59,812 bases of DNA from Clostridia bacterium (GTDB lineage: Bacteria; Bacillota; Clostridia; Oscillospirales; CAG-272): assembly GCA_017547545.1 (NCBI GenBank), contig JAFYPJ010000027.1, positions 1 through 59,812 of the forward strand. Direction: 5' to 3'. This document shows positions 18,353 to 27,887 of the stretch, piece after piece. A program made the position numbers and the translations under genes. The first letter of the stretch is position 1. Every line of letters starts with the position of its first letter. A model generated the notes under the pieces. That model saw nothing but the letters and a program-made list of their open reading frames with translations. It had not been told where the DNA came from and searched no databases.

Positions 18353-19303
18353 ATGAACAAGATTACCATTATCGGCTCCGGAAGCGTAGGATCTACCATT
18401 GCATACACCATGATAGTTCAGGGCATTGCATCCGAAATCGTTATGATAGATATCAATGGCGAAAAAGCAGTGGGTGAAGCTCTTGATATCAGACAGGGTA
18501 TTCCGTTTTGTTCCCCCGCAACAGTATATGCAGGCTCCTACAGTGATGCAAAGGGTTCAGACATAGTTGTAATTACTTCCGGTATTCCGAGAAAGGCCGG
18601 TCAGTCCCGTCTTGATCTTGCTCAGATCAATGTGGATATGATTAAAACCGTTTCTACGGAAATTGTTAAGTATGCTCCCGATGCTACCTATGTAATAGTA
18701 AGCAATCCCGTTGACATACTTACATATGCTTTTCATAAGTATTCCGGTATTCCCGAAGAAAGAATAATCGGTTCGGGTACTATTCTTGACACCGCGCGTC
18801 TTCGTGCAAGAATTGCGGAATATTATAATATCAGCCAGAAAAATGTTCATGCCTATGTTCTCGGAGAGCATGGTGATTCCTGCTTTATTCCCTGGTCGCT
18901 TGCCAATGTTTCGAATGTTCCTGCCTGTGATTTCGGTAATTCGGTTAAGGAGCTTGGAAGTCATACCATTTACCCCGCATTTAAAGAAGCAGATATAGAA
19001 GATTATGTTAGACATTCCGGTGCAAGCGTTATTCAGCGTAAGGGCGCTACCTTCTATGCGGTTTCAATTTCCGTATGCCATGTTTGTAAGTGTATTTTAA
19101 GCGGTATAGACACAACGATGACCGTTTCCACCATGCTTCACGGTGAATACGGTATTGATGATGTTTGTTTAAGTCTTCTCAATGTTGTGGGCAGTCAGGG
19201 AGCGCACAGCAAAGTTATGCTTCCCATGACCGATGAAGAAATAGTTCTTCTTCACAACAGCGCAAACTGTTTGAAAAATATTATCAACAGCGTTAACTTT
19301 TAA
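18353..19303 (+). CDS. LDH-fold 2-hydroxyacid dehydrogenase with Arg at the Gln102 position; predicted malate dehydrogenase
   Basis: IIGSGSVGS Rossmann fold, DTARLR and GEHGDS motifs of L-LDH, but the specificity loop reads SGIPRKAGQSRLDL (LDH: AGANQKPGETRLDL). It lies directly upstream of the fumarase gene. Confidence 0.7.
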   Translation: MNKITIIGSGSVGSTIAYTMIVQGIASEIVMIDINGEKAVGEALDIRQGIPFCSPATVYAGSYSDAKGSDIVVITSGIPRKAGQSRLDLAQINVDMIKTVSTEIVKYAPDATYVIVSNPVDILTYAFHKYSGIPEERIIGSGTILDTARLRARIAEYYNISQKNVHAYVLGEHGDSCFIPWSLANVSNVPACDFGNSVKELGSHTIYPAFKEADIEDYVRHSGASVIQRKGATFYAVSISVCHVCKCILSGIDTTMTVSTMLHGEYGIDDVCLSLLNVVGSQGAHSKVMLPMTDEEIVLLHNSANCLKNIINSVNF

Positions 19304-19346
19304 TATGTAATATTATTTTGAAATAAACTGAAAGGACATATAGATT

Positions 19347-20723
19347 ATGGATTACCGTATTGAACATGACTCCATGGGTGAGGTTAAGGTTCCTTCAGAC
19401 CGCTATTGGGCGGCACAGACACAGAGAAGTCATGAAAACTTTGAAATAGGCGTTGGTATTGAAACCATGCCCCGTGAAATAGTTCATGCTTTTGGTATAC
19501 TTAAAAAGGCTGCCGCTATGGCAAATAATGCCTTAAAGCCTGAAAAGATGACAAATGAAAAGCTTGGTGCTATCTCTGAAGCATGCGATGAGGTTATGAG
19601 CTTAAAGCTTATAGAGCATTTTCCCCTTGTTGTGTGGCAAACAGGAAGCGGCACACAGTCGAATATGAACACAAATGAGGTTATTGCAAACCGCGGTAAT
19701 GAAATTTTGGGTAAGAAGCTGCTTCATCCCAACGATGATGTAAACATGAGCCAGTCCTCTAACGATACATTTCCTACAGCGATGCATATTGCAGCAGTCC
19801 TTATTCTTGAAGATAAGCTTATTCCCGCAATAGAAACACTTATTGCAACATTCAAGCGCCTTGAAGAAGAAAATCAGGGTATTGTTAAGAGCGGCAGAAC
19901 CCATCTTCAGGATGCTACCCCCATCACATTCAGCCAGGAGATCAGCGGTTGGCGCTCCAGCCTTGAAAAGGATGTTGAGCTTATTCGCCGTTCTGTAGAT
20001 CCCTTGCGTGAGCTTGCCCTCGGCGGAACTGCAGTTGGTACAGGTCTTAATACTCCCAAGGGATTTGATACAACAGTTGCACAAAAGGTTTCTGAAATTA
20101 CAGGAAAGCCCTTTGTAACTGCAGAAAATAAGTTCCATGCTCTCACCTCTAAGGATGAGCTGGTATTTGCACACGGTGCAATCAAGGCACTTGCGGCAGA
20201 TATGATGAAGATAGCAAACGATGTTCGTTGGCTTGCTTCCGGTCCCCGTGACGGTCTTGGTGAGATTTTTATTCCCGAAAACGAGCCCGGCTCCTCTATT
20301 ATGCCCGGTAAGGTTAACCCAACCCAGTGTGAAGCGGTTACAATGGTAGTTGTTCAGGTTATGGGTAACGATGTTGCGGTATCCATGGCTGCTTCTCAGG
20401 GTAATTTTGAACTTAATGTATTTATGCCGGTATGTATATACAATTTCCTTCAGTCTGCGCGTCTTATGGCAGAGGCTATTCTCTCATTTAATAAGAACTG
20501 CGCCGTTGGTATTAAGGCAAACAAAGAAAAGATGCATCATAACCTCCATAACTCCCTTATGTTGGTTACGGCTCTTAACCCCTATATCGGTTACGAAAAT
20601 GCCGCTAAAACTGCAAAGAAGGCATTTAAAGATAATATTTCTCTTAAGGAAGCATGTGTAGAGCTTGGATTCCTTACAGCAGAAAAATTTGATGAAGTAT
20701 TCCATCCCGAAGAAATGGTATAA
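19347..20723 (+). CDS. fumC: class II fumarate hydratase
   Basis: 458 aa with the fumarate-lyase signature GSSIMPGKVNPTQCE and a typical FumC N-terminus (YRIEHDSMGEVKVPSDRYWAAQTQRS). Confidence 0.95.
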   Translation: MDYRIEHDSMGEVKVPSDRYWAAQTQRSHENFEIGVGIETMPREIVHAFGILKKAAAMANNALKPEKMTNEKLGAISEACDEVMSLKLIEHFPLVVWQTGSGTQSNMNTNEVIANRGNEILGKKLLHPNDDVNMSQSSNDTFPTAMHIAAVLILEDKLIPAIETLIATFKRLEEENQGIVKSGRTHLQDATPITFSQEISGWRSSLEKDVELIRRSVDPLRELALGGTAVGTGLNTPKGFDTTVAQKVSEITGKPFVTAENKFHALTSKDELVFAHGAIKALAADMMKIANDVRWLASGPRDGLGEIFIPENEPGSSIMPGKVNPTQCEAVTMVVVQVMGNDVAVSMAASQGNFELNVFMPVCIYNFLQSARLMAEAILSFNKNCAVGIKANKEKMHHNLHNSLMLVTALNPYIGYENAAKTAKKAFKDNISLKEACVELGFLTAEKFDEVFHPEEMV

Positions 20724-20738
20724 AACGGAGGTAATTCA

Positions 20739-21530
20739 ATGAAAATGAGTTATTTTCCCGGTTGTACCCTGAAGAACAAGGCAAAGGATCTTGACGAGTA
20801 TGCTCGCAAGTCTGCCGAGGTTCTCGGTATAACTTTGGAAGAAATAGAAAATTGGCAATGCTGCGGTGGTGTGTTTACCACATCTAAAGATGAAATTGCT
20901 ACAAAGCTTTCTTCTGTTCGTGCATTGATGGATGCAAAGAGCAAAGAACAGCCCCTTGTAAGCGTTTGCTCCGCTTGCCATAATGTAATCAAGCAAACCA
21001 ATCATGCTATGCGTAATGACAGTGAGTTTGCTGATAAGGTGAACAGATATATGTCTGAAAATGAGCCTTATAACGGTGAAACAGAGGTTCTTCATTACCT
21101 TGAAATGTTAAGAGACAAGGTTGGCTTTGATTCACTTAAAGAAAAGGTTGTAAATCCCTTGAAGGGTAAGAAGATAGGCGCATACTACGGATGTCTGCTT
21201 CTTCGTCCAAATTCCGTAATGGCAATGGATGATCCTGAAAATCCCACAATTATGGAAGAGCTTATCAAGGCCATTGGTGCTACCCCGGTTGTATACGGCA
21301 TGCGCAATGAATGCTGCGGCGGCTATGTTTCGGTGGAAAGTCCTGAGCTTGCAAAGAAGAAGAGCGATGCCGTTGTTGCAAATGCAAAGGCGCAGGGTGC
21401 GGATATGATCATTACCGCATGTCCTCTCTGCCGTTACAATCTTATAAAGAACGGTGCAGATATTCCCGTAGTTTATTTCACAGAGCTTTTAGCTCAAGCG
21501 CTTGGTGTTAAGGAGGCAGAAAATGAATAA
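20739..21530 (+). CDS. hdrB: HdrB-like protein with two CCG cysteine-rich domains
   Basis: Two repeats of Cx..CCGG..CxxC: FPGC...QCCGG...CSACHN and YYGC...ECCGG...CPLCRYN. Confidence 0.8.
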   Translation: MKMSYFPGCTLKNKAKDLDEYARKSAEVLGITLEEIENWQCCGGVFTTSKDEIATKLSSVRALMDAKSKEQPLVSVCSACHNVIKQTNHAMRNDSEFADKVNRYMSENEPYNGETEVLHYLEMLRDKVGFDSLKEKVVNPLKGKKIGAYYGCLLLRPNSVMAMDDPENPTIMEELIKAIGATPVVYGMRNECCGGYVSVESPELAKKKSDAVVANAKAQGADMIITACPLCRYNLIKNGADIPVVYFTELLAQALGVKEAENE

Positions 21531-21912
21531 AAAGGATCTCCTTCGCGAAGAAATTATCCGCCGTAGCGGAGTAAACCCTAAAAAATGTATGAAGTGCGGT
21601 AAGTGTTCAGGTACTTGCCCTGCATATGAAGAAATGGAATTTCATCCCCATCAGTTTGCATCTATGATAGATTCGGGTGACATCGAACCCCTTATTGCCT
21701 CCGAATCTGTTTACAAATGCCTTTCATGTTTTGCCTGTGTTGAAAGATGCCCCAGAGGTGTTGAACCCGCAAAGCTTATAGAGGCAGTACGACTTTCGGT
21801 TATCCGTGAAAAGGGTGCAAACCGTATGACTGCAAATGATGTTCCCGCAATGGTTGACGAAGAAACTCCTCAGCAGCTTTTAGTCAGCGCATTCAGAAAA
21901 TACACAAAGTAA
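21523..21912 (+). CDS. hdrC: HdrC-like 2x[4Fe-4S] ferredoxin-domain protein
   Basis: Trimmed to the ATG at 21523, with GGAGG 6 nt upstream and an ATGAATAA overlap with the hdrB stop. Cluster motifs CMKCGKCSGTCP and CLSCFACVERCP. Confidence 0.75.
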   Translation: MNKKDLLREEIIRRSGVNPKKCMKCGKCSGTCPAYEEMEFHPHQFASMIDSGDIEPLIASESVYKCLSCFACVERCPRGVEPAKLIEAVRLSVIREKGANRMTANDVPAMVDEETPQQLLVSAFRKYTK

Positions 21913-21925
21913 GGAGGAATAGACA

Positions 21926-23920
21926 ATGCAAAGAATTGGTGTTTTTGTTTGCTGGTGCGGCAGTAATATCGCAGGAACTGTTGATGTAAAAGCGGTTGCC
22001 GAAGCACTTAAAAGCGAACCCGGTGTAGTTTATTCCACCGATTATCAGTATATGTGCTCTCAGGCAGGTCAGGATCTTATAGTCCAGGCTGTTAAGGACA
22101 ATAACCTTACAGGTCTTGTTATCTGCTCCTGTTCACCCCGTATGCATGAGGCAACCTTCCGCAAAACTGCGGCAACTGCAGGTCTTAACCCCTACATGGT
22201 AGAGATTGCAAATATCCGTGAGCAGTGTTCCTGGGTACATAAGGAAATGCCTATAGGAACAGAAAAGGCAATAATTTTAGGTAAGGCGGCTGTTGCTAAG
22301 GTTAACCTTAACACTCCTCTTACCCCCGGTGAATCCCCCGTTACCAAGAGAGCTCTTGTAATCGGCGGCGGTATCGCAGGTATTCAGACCGCCCTTGACA
22401 TTGCTGACGCAGGTTTCCCTGTGGATATCGTGGAAACCAAGCCTACAATAGGCGGTAAAATGGCTCAGCTTGATAAAACATTTCCCACCCTTGACTGTGC
22501 GGCTTGTATTTTAACACCTAAAATGGTTGATGTTGCACAGCATGAAAAAATCCGTATATTCTCATACAGTGAAGTAGCAGAGGTGAAGGGGTTTGTTGGT
22601 AACTTTGATGTTACTATTAAAAAGAAGGCAAGATTTGTTGACGAAACAAAGTGTACCGGTTGCGGTGACTGTGTTGACAAATGTCCTATGAAAAAGAATC
22701 CCAATGAGTTCAATATGGGTATGGATAACCGCCCTGCAATCTATATTCCTTTTGCACAGGCAGTACCCAAGGTGGCAACCATTGATGCAGGAGCTTGCAC
22801 AATGCTCAAGAAGGGCAAGTGCGGACTTTGCTCCAAGGTTTGCGGTGCAGGTGCTATAGACTATACTCAGAAGGATGAATTTATCAGCGAAAAGTACGGT
22901 GCAATCGTAGTTGCAACAGGCTTTAATGTTATAAGCATGGATAAATTTGATGAATATGCTTATAATCAGTCTAAAGATGTTATTACATCTCTTGAATTTG
23001 AGAGACTTACAAATGCTGCAGGTCCTACTGCCGGCAAGCTTCTTCGTCCTTCAGACGGTAAGCATCCCCATAAGATAGTATTTGTACAGTGTGTTGGCTC
23101 AAGATGTGAAAACTGCGCAGAAAAGGGTAAGGAATATTGCTCCAAGATCTGCTGTATGTACACAGCTAAGCACGCAATGCTTACAAGAGATAAATATCCG
23201 GATACAGATGTAACCGTATTCTATATAGATGTCCGTACTCCCGGTAAGAACTTTGATGAATTCTACCGTCGTGCCGTAGAAGAATTCGGAGTTAAATATG
23301 TTAAGGGTATGGTTGGTAAGATCGTTCCCGAAGGCGAGGTGTTGAAGGTTCAGGCATCCGACCTTATAAATAATAAGCAGATGCATATTGATGCCGATCT
23401 TGTTGTGTTGGCAGCGGCAATTGAACCGGATAAATCTGCAAGACCTTTGGCAACTATGCTTACTGCAAGTATGGATACAAATGACTTCTTTACAGAAGCA
23501 CATCCCAAGCTCCGTCCCGTAGAAAGTCCCACCGCAGGTGTGTTCCTTTCCGGTGCTTGCCAGGGCCCCAAGGATATTCCCGAAACGGTATCTCAGGCAG
23601 GTGCGGCAGCATCCAAGGTTATCGGACTTCTCTGCAAGGATAAGCTTCTTGGCAATCCTTGTATCGCAGGTTCAAACGAGCTTATGTGTAACGGTTGTTC
23701 CTCCTGTGAAAGAGTTTGTCCTTACGGTGCTATTACCTATTTGGATAAAGAATTCCGTATGCCGGACAGAACAACAAAAATTCGCCGCGTAGCATCGGTA
23801 AATCCTGCGGTTTGTCAGGGTTGCGGTGCTTGTACCGTTGCTTGCCCCAGCGGTGCAATGGATCTTCGCGGCTTTGCAAACGATCAGATCATGGCGGAGG
23901 TAGATGCAATATGCAAGTAA
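21926..23920 (+). CDS. hdrA: HdrA-like FAD/Fe-S flavoprotein (bifurcating-type subunit)
   Basis: 664 aa. N-terminus IGVFVCWCGSNIAGTVD, FAD fold ALVIGGGIAGIQTALDIADAG, and several CxxCxxCxxxCP motifs (CTGCGDCVDKCP, CNGCSSCERVCP, CQGCGACTVACP). Confidence 0.85.
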   Translation: MQRIGVFVCWCGSNIAGTVDVKAVAEALKSEPGVVYSTDYQYMCSQAGQDLIVQAVKDNNLTGLVICSCSPRMHEATFRKTAATAGLNPYMVEIANIREQCSWVHKEMPIGTEKAIILGKAAVAKVNLNTPLTPGESPVTKRALVIGGGIAGIQTALDIADAGFPVDIVETKPTIGGKMAQLDKTFPTLDCAACILTPKMVDVAQHEKIRIFSYSEVAEVKGFVGNFDVTIKKKARFVDETKCTGCGDCVDKCPMKKNPNEFNMGMDNRPAIYIPFAQAVPKVATIDAGACTMLKKGKCGLCSKVCGAGAIDYTQKDEFISEKYGAIVVATGFNVISMDKFDEYAYNQSKDVITSLEFERLTNAAGPTAGKLLRPSDGKHPHKIVFVQCVGSRCENCAEKGKEYCSKICCMYTAKHAMLTRDKYPDTDVTVFYIDVRTPGKNFDEFYRRAVEEFGVKYVKGMVGKIVPEGEVLKVQASDLINNKQMHIDADLVVLAAAIEPDKSARPLATMLTASMDTNDFFTEAHPKLRPVESPTAGVFLSGACQGPKDIPETVSQAGAAASKVIGLLCKDKLLGNPCIAGSNELMCNGCSSCERVCPYGAITYLDKEFRMPDRTTKIRRVASVNPAVCQGCGACTVACPSGAMDLRGFANDQIMAEVDAICK

Positions 23921-24345
23921 AAGAATATAAGCCTTTAATTGTGGCATTCTGCTGTAACTGGTGTTCTTATGCAGGTGCCGACCTTGCAGGTAACAACCGT
24001 TTAAACTATCCTGCAGATGTTAAGATTATCCGTGTGCCTTGCTCCTGCCGTGTAAATCCCATGTTTATACTCCGCGCATTTCAGCGCGGTGCAGATGGAG
24101 TGATCCTTTGCGGTTGCCACCCCGGTGACTGTCATTATACATCCGGTAATTATTACACCCGCCGCCGTATGGCAATGCTTTTCTCAATGCTTGATTACCT
24201 TGGCATTGAAAGAGAGCGTACCCGTGTTGAATGGGTTTCCGCGGCTGAAGGTGCAAAGTTTGCCGCTACTATGAATGAGTTTGTTGAAGCAGTCAGTGCT
24301 CTCGGCGAAAACAAGAGATTGGAGGATTTACGATGCAAAAGATAA
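23911..24345 (+). CDS. mvhD: MvhD/FlxD-like [2Fe-2S] electron-transfer protein
   Basis: Trimmed to the ATG at 23911, which overlaps the hdrA stop. LIVAFCCNWCSYAGADLAG...RVPCSCRVNP...ILCGCHPGDCHY is the hallmark of the methyl-viologen-reducing hydrogenase delta subunit family. Confidence 0.8.
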   Translation: MQVKEYKPLIVAFCCNWCSYAGADLAGNNRLNYPADVKIIRVPCSCRVNPMFILRAFQRGADGVILCGCHPGDCHYTSGNYYTRRRMAMLFSMLDYLGIERERTRVEWVSAAEGAKFAATMNEFVEAVSALGENKRLEDLRCKR

Positions 24346-25328
24346 CTCGTGAACAGCTCCTTGACAGAGCAGTTGCCCTCCTTTCGGACGGTACCGTAAA
24401 TTCCGTGCTTGGATGGCAGAAGGGTGAATTTGATTATGATGTTACCCCCCATATTTTCAAAAGTGCGGATGAGTTGAAGGAAGGCTTTGTATGGAATGAT
24501 TTCTGTTATGCCAACTTCTCTAAATATCTTGTATTAAAAACAGACCGTATTGAAGGTAAGCTTTTGGTATTCCTGAAGCCCTGCGATACATACAGCTTTA
24601 ATCAGCTTCTCACCGAGCATCGTTTTGACCGTGAAAAGGTTTATGCTATCGGTGTTGGCTGCGAAGGAATGGTTGATGTAAATAAGCTTAAGGCTGCGGT
24701 AGACGGTATTTCTTCAATCGAGGCTACCGAAGAAGGCCTTAAGGTTACAACAATATATGATGATGAGCCTACCGTTGTTGCAATAGAAAATGTTCTTCTT
24801 GAAAGATGTGTTAATTGCAAGAGCAAGAAGCATGTTGCATACGACGAGCTTATGGGTGAGGAAGGCGAGATCATAGATTCTGCGCGTTTTGATGAAGTAG
24901 CAGCTCTTGAGGCTATGACTGCTGATGAGAGATTTGCTTTCTGGCAGAATGAGCTTTCCAAATGTATTCGCTGCAACGCTTGCCGCGATGCTTGTCCTGC
25001 CTGTACCTGTGAAAACTGCGTATTTAACAACCCCAATTCCGGTGTTGAAACAAAGGCACCCGTAACCTCTTTTGAAGAGCAGATGTTCCATATCATCAGG
25101 GCTTACCATGTAGCAGGCAGATGTACCGACTGCGGAGAATGTTCCAGAGTATGTCCTCAGAACATTCCTCTCCACCTTCTCAACCGTAAATTCATTAAGG
25201 ATATAAATGAATGCTACGGCGATTATCAGGCGGGAGAAGAGGTTGGTATGAGAGCTCCCCTTGTAGATTACACACTTGAGGACCTTGAGCCCGGTGAAGT
25301 ATTGAATAGGAGGGGTGAAGATGCGTAA
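24333..25328 (+). CDS. polyferredoxin-type 4Fe-4S protein (FlxC-like)
   Basis: 331 aa, with GGAGG 7 nt upstream, overlapping the mvhD end. Cluster motifs CIRCNACRDACPACTCENC and CTDCGECSRVCP. Confidence 0.6.
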   Translation: MQKITREQLLDRAVALLSDGTVNSVLGWQKGEFDYDVTPHIFKSADELKEGFVWNDFCYANFSKYLVLKTDRIEGKLLVFLKPCDTYSFNQLLTEHRFDREKVYAIGVGCEGMVDVNKLKAAVDGISSIEATEEGLKVTTIYDDEPTVVAIENVLLERCVNCKSKKHVAYDELMGEEGEIIDSARFDEVAALEAMTADERFAFWQNELSKCIRCNACRDACPACTCENCVFNNPNSGVETKAPVTSFEEQMFHIIRAYHVAGRCTDCGECSRVCPQNIPLHLLNRKFIKDINECYGDYQAGEEVGMRAPLVDYTLEDLEPGEVLNRRGEDA

Positions 25329-26343
25329 GTGTTCTCTTGAAAAAATAAATCTTGTTTTTGCGGAAATTGCAAAGGCATACACCTTATATCTTCCCACCGA
25401 TCAGAATGATTCAAGTGCAAAGTTCACTAAATGGGAAGAGGGAAGCGTGTGGAGCAATGCGCTCAATACGGTAAGAAGCCCCAAGGACTTTTTCTTCCCC
25501 CAGGCCGAAGATCTTATGGAATTTAAGGTTGAAGGCAAAAATATAGATATTACCGATATCAGACAAGAATCCGAAGATTTCGTTATCTTTGGTGTAAGAG
25601 CGTGTGATGTTAAGAGCTTTGAGATCCTTGACAGAGTATTTTTGGTTGATCCCGTGGATAGCTTTTATGCATCCCGCCGTGAGCACGGTATTATTGTTTC
25701 GTTAGCTTGTACAAAGCCTTCCGAAACCTGTTTCTGTACCACTTTCGGTATTGACTGTACAGAACCTGCAGGTGATGTGAGTATTTGGAAAACCGAAACA
25801 GAGCTATACTGGCAGGCAAATACCGAAAAGGGAGAAAAACTGCTTTCTTATGTTGATTCTCTTACAGAGGATGCAAACACAAAGGCAGTTGATGAACAGA
25901 AGGAAAAAACTTCTGTTGTTATGAAAAAGCTTCCTTTGGCAAATCTTACAACCGACGGATTCGGTGCAGGCAAGACCATGGAACTTTTTAACAATGAGGC
26001 ATGGGATGAGCTTTCCCAAACCTGTCTCGGTTGCGGTACATGTACTTTTGTATGTCCTACATGTCAGTGCTATGATATCAAAGATTTTGATACAGGTAAC
26101 GGTGTTATCCGTTACAGATGCTGGGATTCCTGCATGTATTCCGAATTTACCAAGATGGCACACGGTAACAACCGTCTTACCCAAAAAGAGCGTTTCCGCC
26201 AGCGTTTCATGCATAAGCTTGTATATTATCCCGAAAATAATGACGGTCTGTACAGCTGTGTAGGATGCGGAAGATGCTTGGCAAAGTGCCCTATCTCTAT
26301 GAATATAGCAAAAGTAATGAAGAAGATCGGAGGGGAGAAATAA
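25321..26343 (+). CDS. AsrA/HydB-like 4Fe-4S protein (FlxB-like)
   Basis: ATG at 25321 in an ATGCGTAA overlap with the upstream stop. Motifs CLGCGTCTFVCPTCQCYD and CVGCGRCLAKCP match the anaerobic sulfite reductase A / sulfhydrogenase beta pattern. Confidence 0.65.
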   Translation: MRKCSLEKINLVFAEIAKAYTLYLPTDQNDSSAKFTKWEEGSVWSNALNTVRSPKDFFFPQAEDLMEFKVEGKNIDITDIRQESEDFVIFGVRACDVKSFEILDRVFLVDPVDSFYASRREHGIIVSLACTKPSETCFCTTFGIDCTEPAGDVSIWKTETELYWQANTEKGEKLLSYVDSLTEDANTKAVDEQKEKTSVVMKKLPLANLTTDGFGAGKTMELFNNEAWDELSQTCLGCGTCTFVCPTCQCYDIKDFDTGNGVIRYRCWDSCMYSEFTKMAHGNNRLTQKERFRQRFMHKLVYYPENNDGLYSCVGCGRCLAKCPISMNIAKVMKKIGGEK

Positions 26344-27176
26344 TGAATATGCGTGAAGAAACCCTTATTCCCAAGGTTGGTGTTATTACCGATGTTCGTA
26401 TTGATACCCCTGATATCAAAACCTTCAGAGTAGTTACTCCCGACGGTAAAAAGGCATTCGATCACCGTCCCGGTCAGTGTGCAATGCTCTCTATTCCCGG
26501 TGTTGGTGAAGCAATGTTTTCCATTACCTCCTCACCTACAAATGAGGAATATATGGAATTTTCAATCAAAAAGTGCGGATGCGTAACCGAATGGTTGCAT
26601 CAGGCAGAGGTTGGTCAGCAGTTGACTATCCGCGGTCCCTACGGAAATCCTTTCCCTGTAGACGATGTTTTTGCAGGAAATAATATGTTATTTATTGCAG
26701 GCGGTGTTGGTCTTGCTCCTCTTCGTTCTGTAATAAACTACTGCCGTCATTATCGTGACCGTTACGGTAAAATAGATATCGTTTACGGTTCCAGAAGCAA
26801 GGATGACCTCCTTGACTATAAGGAAATAATCGACGAATGGGCGACCGATGCAGGAGTAAATGTACACCTTACTATCGATAACCCTCAGGATGGTTGGGAC
26901 GGTCATGTAGGCTTTGTTCCTAACTATGTTAAGGAGCTTGGCTTCGATACAGATAAGATCGCGGTTCTTTGCGGTCCTCCCATAATGATCAAATTTACAC
27001 TTGAGGGACTTCGTGCTCTCGGTTTTGAAAAGACACAGGTTTATACAACTCTTGAGCTTCGTATGAAGTGCGGTGTTGGTAAGTGCGGAAGATGCAATGT
27101 TGGTGCAAAGTATGTATGTAAAGACGGCCCCGTGTTCCGCTTTGATGAGTTGGATGAATTACCCGACGAATATTAA
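26343..27176 (+). CDS. AsrB/HydG/PyrK-like FAD + NAD(P)H-binding protein with C-terminal [2Fe-2S] (FlxA-like)
   Basis: ATG at 26343 in a TAATG overlap. Flavin motif MFSITSSP, NAD(P) motif LFIAGGVGLAPLRS and the 2Fe-2S motif CGVGKCGRCNVG. Confidence 0.7.
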   Translation: MNMREETLIPKVGVITDVRIDTPDIKTFRVVTPDGKKAFDHRPGQCAMLSIPGVGEAMFSITSSPTNEEYMEFSIKKCGCVTEWLHQAEVGQQLTIRGPYGNPFPVDDVFAGNNMLFIAGGVGLAPLRSVINYCRHYRDRYGKIDIVYGSRSKDDLLDYKEIIDEWATDAGVNVHLTIDNPQDGWDGHVGFVPNYVKELGFDTDKIAVLCGPPIMIKFTLEGLRALGFEKTQVYTTLELRMKCGVGKCGRCNVGAKYVCKDGPVFRFDELDELPDEY

Positions 27177-27199
27177 GAAGAGAAAGATTGGTGAATAAT

Positions 27200-27874
27200 A
27201 TGGAAAAGATGGTTAATATTTTTCTTTTCGGTAAGAAATATGAAGTACCCTCTAATCTGACCATTATGTCAGCTATGGAATATGCAGGCTACCAGCTTGT
27301 ACGCGGATGCGGTTGCCGTAACGGTTTCTGCGGTGCTTGTGCTACCATATACCGTATAAAGGGAGATCGCGAGCTCAAGGCGTGTCTTGCTTGTCAGACT
27401 ACCGTTGAGGATAACATGTATATTGCAACACTTCCTTTCTTCCCCCTTGTTAAGCAGGGCTACGATATCGAAAAGATCAGTACAACTGAGGCTGTTATGA
27501 TGCAGCTCTACCCTGAAATTTATGCTTGTGTTGGTTGTAATGCATGTACCAAGGCTTGTACACAGAGCCTTAATGTAATGCAGTATATCGCATACGCTCA
27601 ACGCGGTGATTTTGAAAACTGTGCCGAAGAGTCCTTTGACTGTGTAATGTGCGGTGTATGTTCCTCCCGTTGTCCTGCAGGTATTTCTCATCCTCAGGTT
27701 GCAATGCTTGCTCGCCGTATCAACGGTAAGTATCTTGCTCCCGGATGCGGACACCTTGAAGACAGAGTTAAGGAAATTAAAGACGGTGAATTCACCGAGC
27801 TTATCGAAGCTCTTATGCAGAAGCCTGTTGAAGAACTCAAAGAGCTTTACAATACCCGTGAAATAGAGAAATAA
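27200..27874 (+). CDS. succinate dehydrogenase/fumarate reductase iron-sulfur subunit-like protein
   Basis: N-terminal plant-type 2Fe-2S (CGCRNGFCGACATIY...CLAC), then CVGCNACTKAC and CVMCGVCSSRCP. The start is either ATG 27200 or ATG 27209 and the RBS is weak. Confidence 0.7.
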   Translation: MEKMVNIFLFGKKYEVPSNLTIMSAMEYAGYQLVRGCGCRNGFCGACATIYRIKGDRELKACLACQTTVEDNMYIATLPFFPLVKQGYDIEKISTTEAVMMQLYPEIYACVGCNACTKACTQSLNVMQYIAYAQRGDFENCAEESFDCVMCGVCSSRCPAGISHPQVAMLARRINGKYLAPGCGHLEDRVKEIKDGEFTELIEALMQKPVEELKELYNTREIEK

Positions 27875-27887
27875 GGAGGGAATTACG

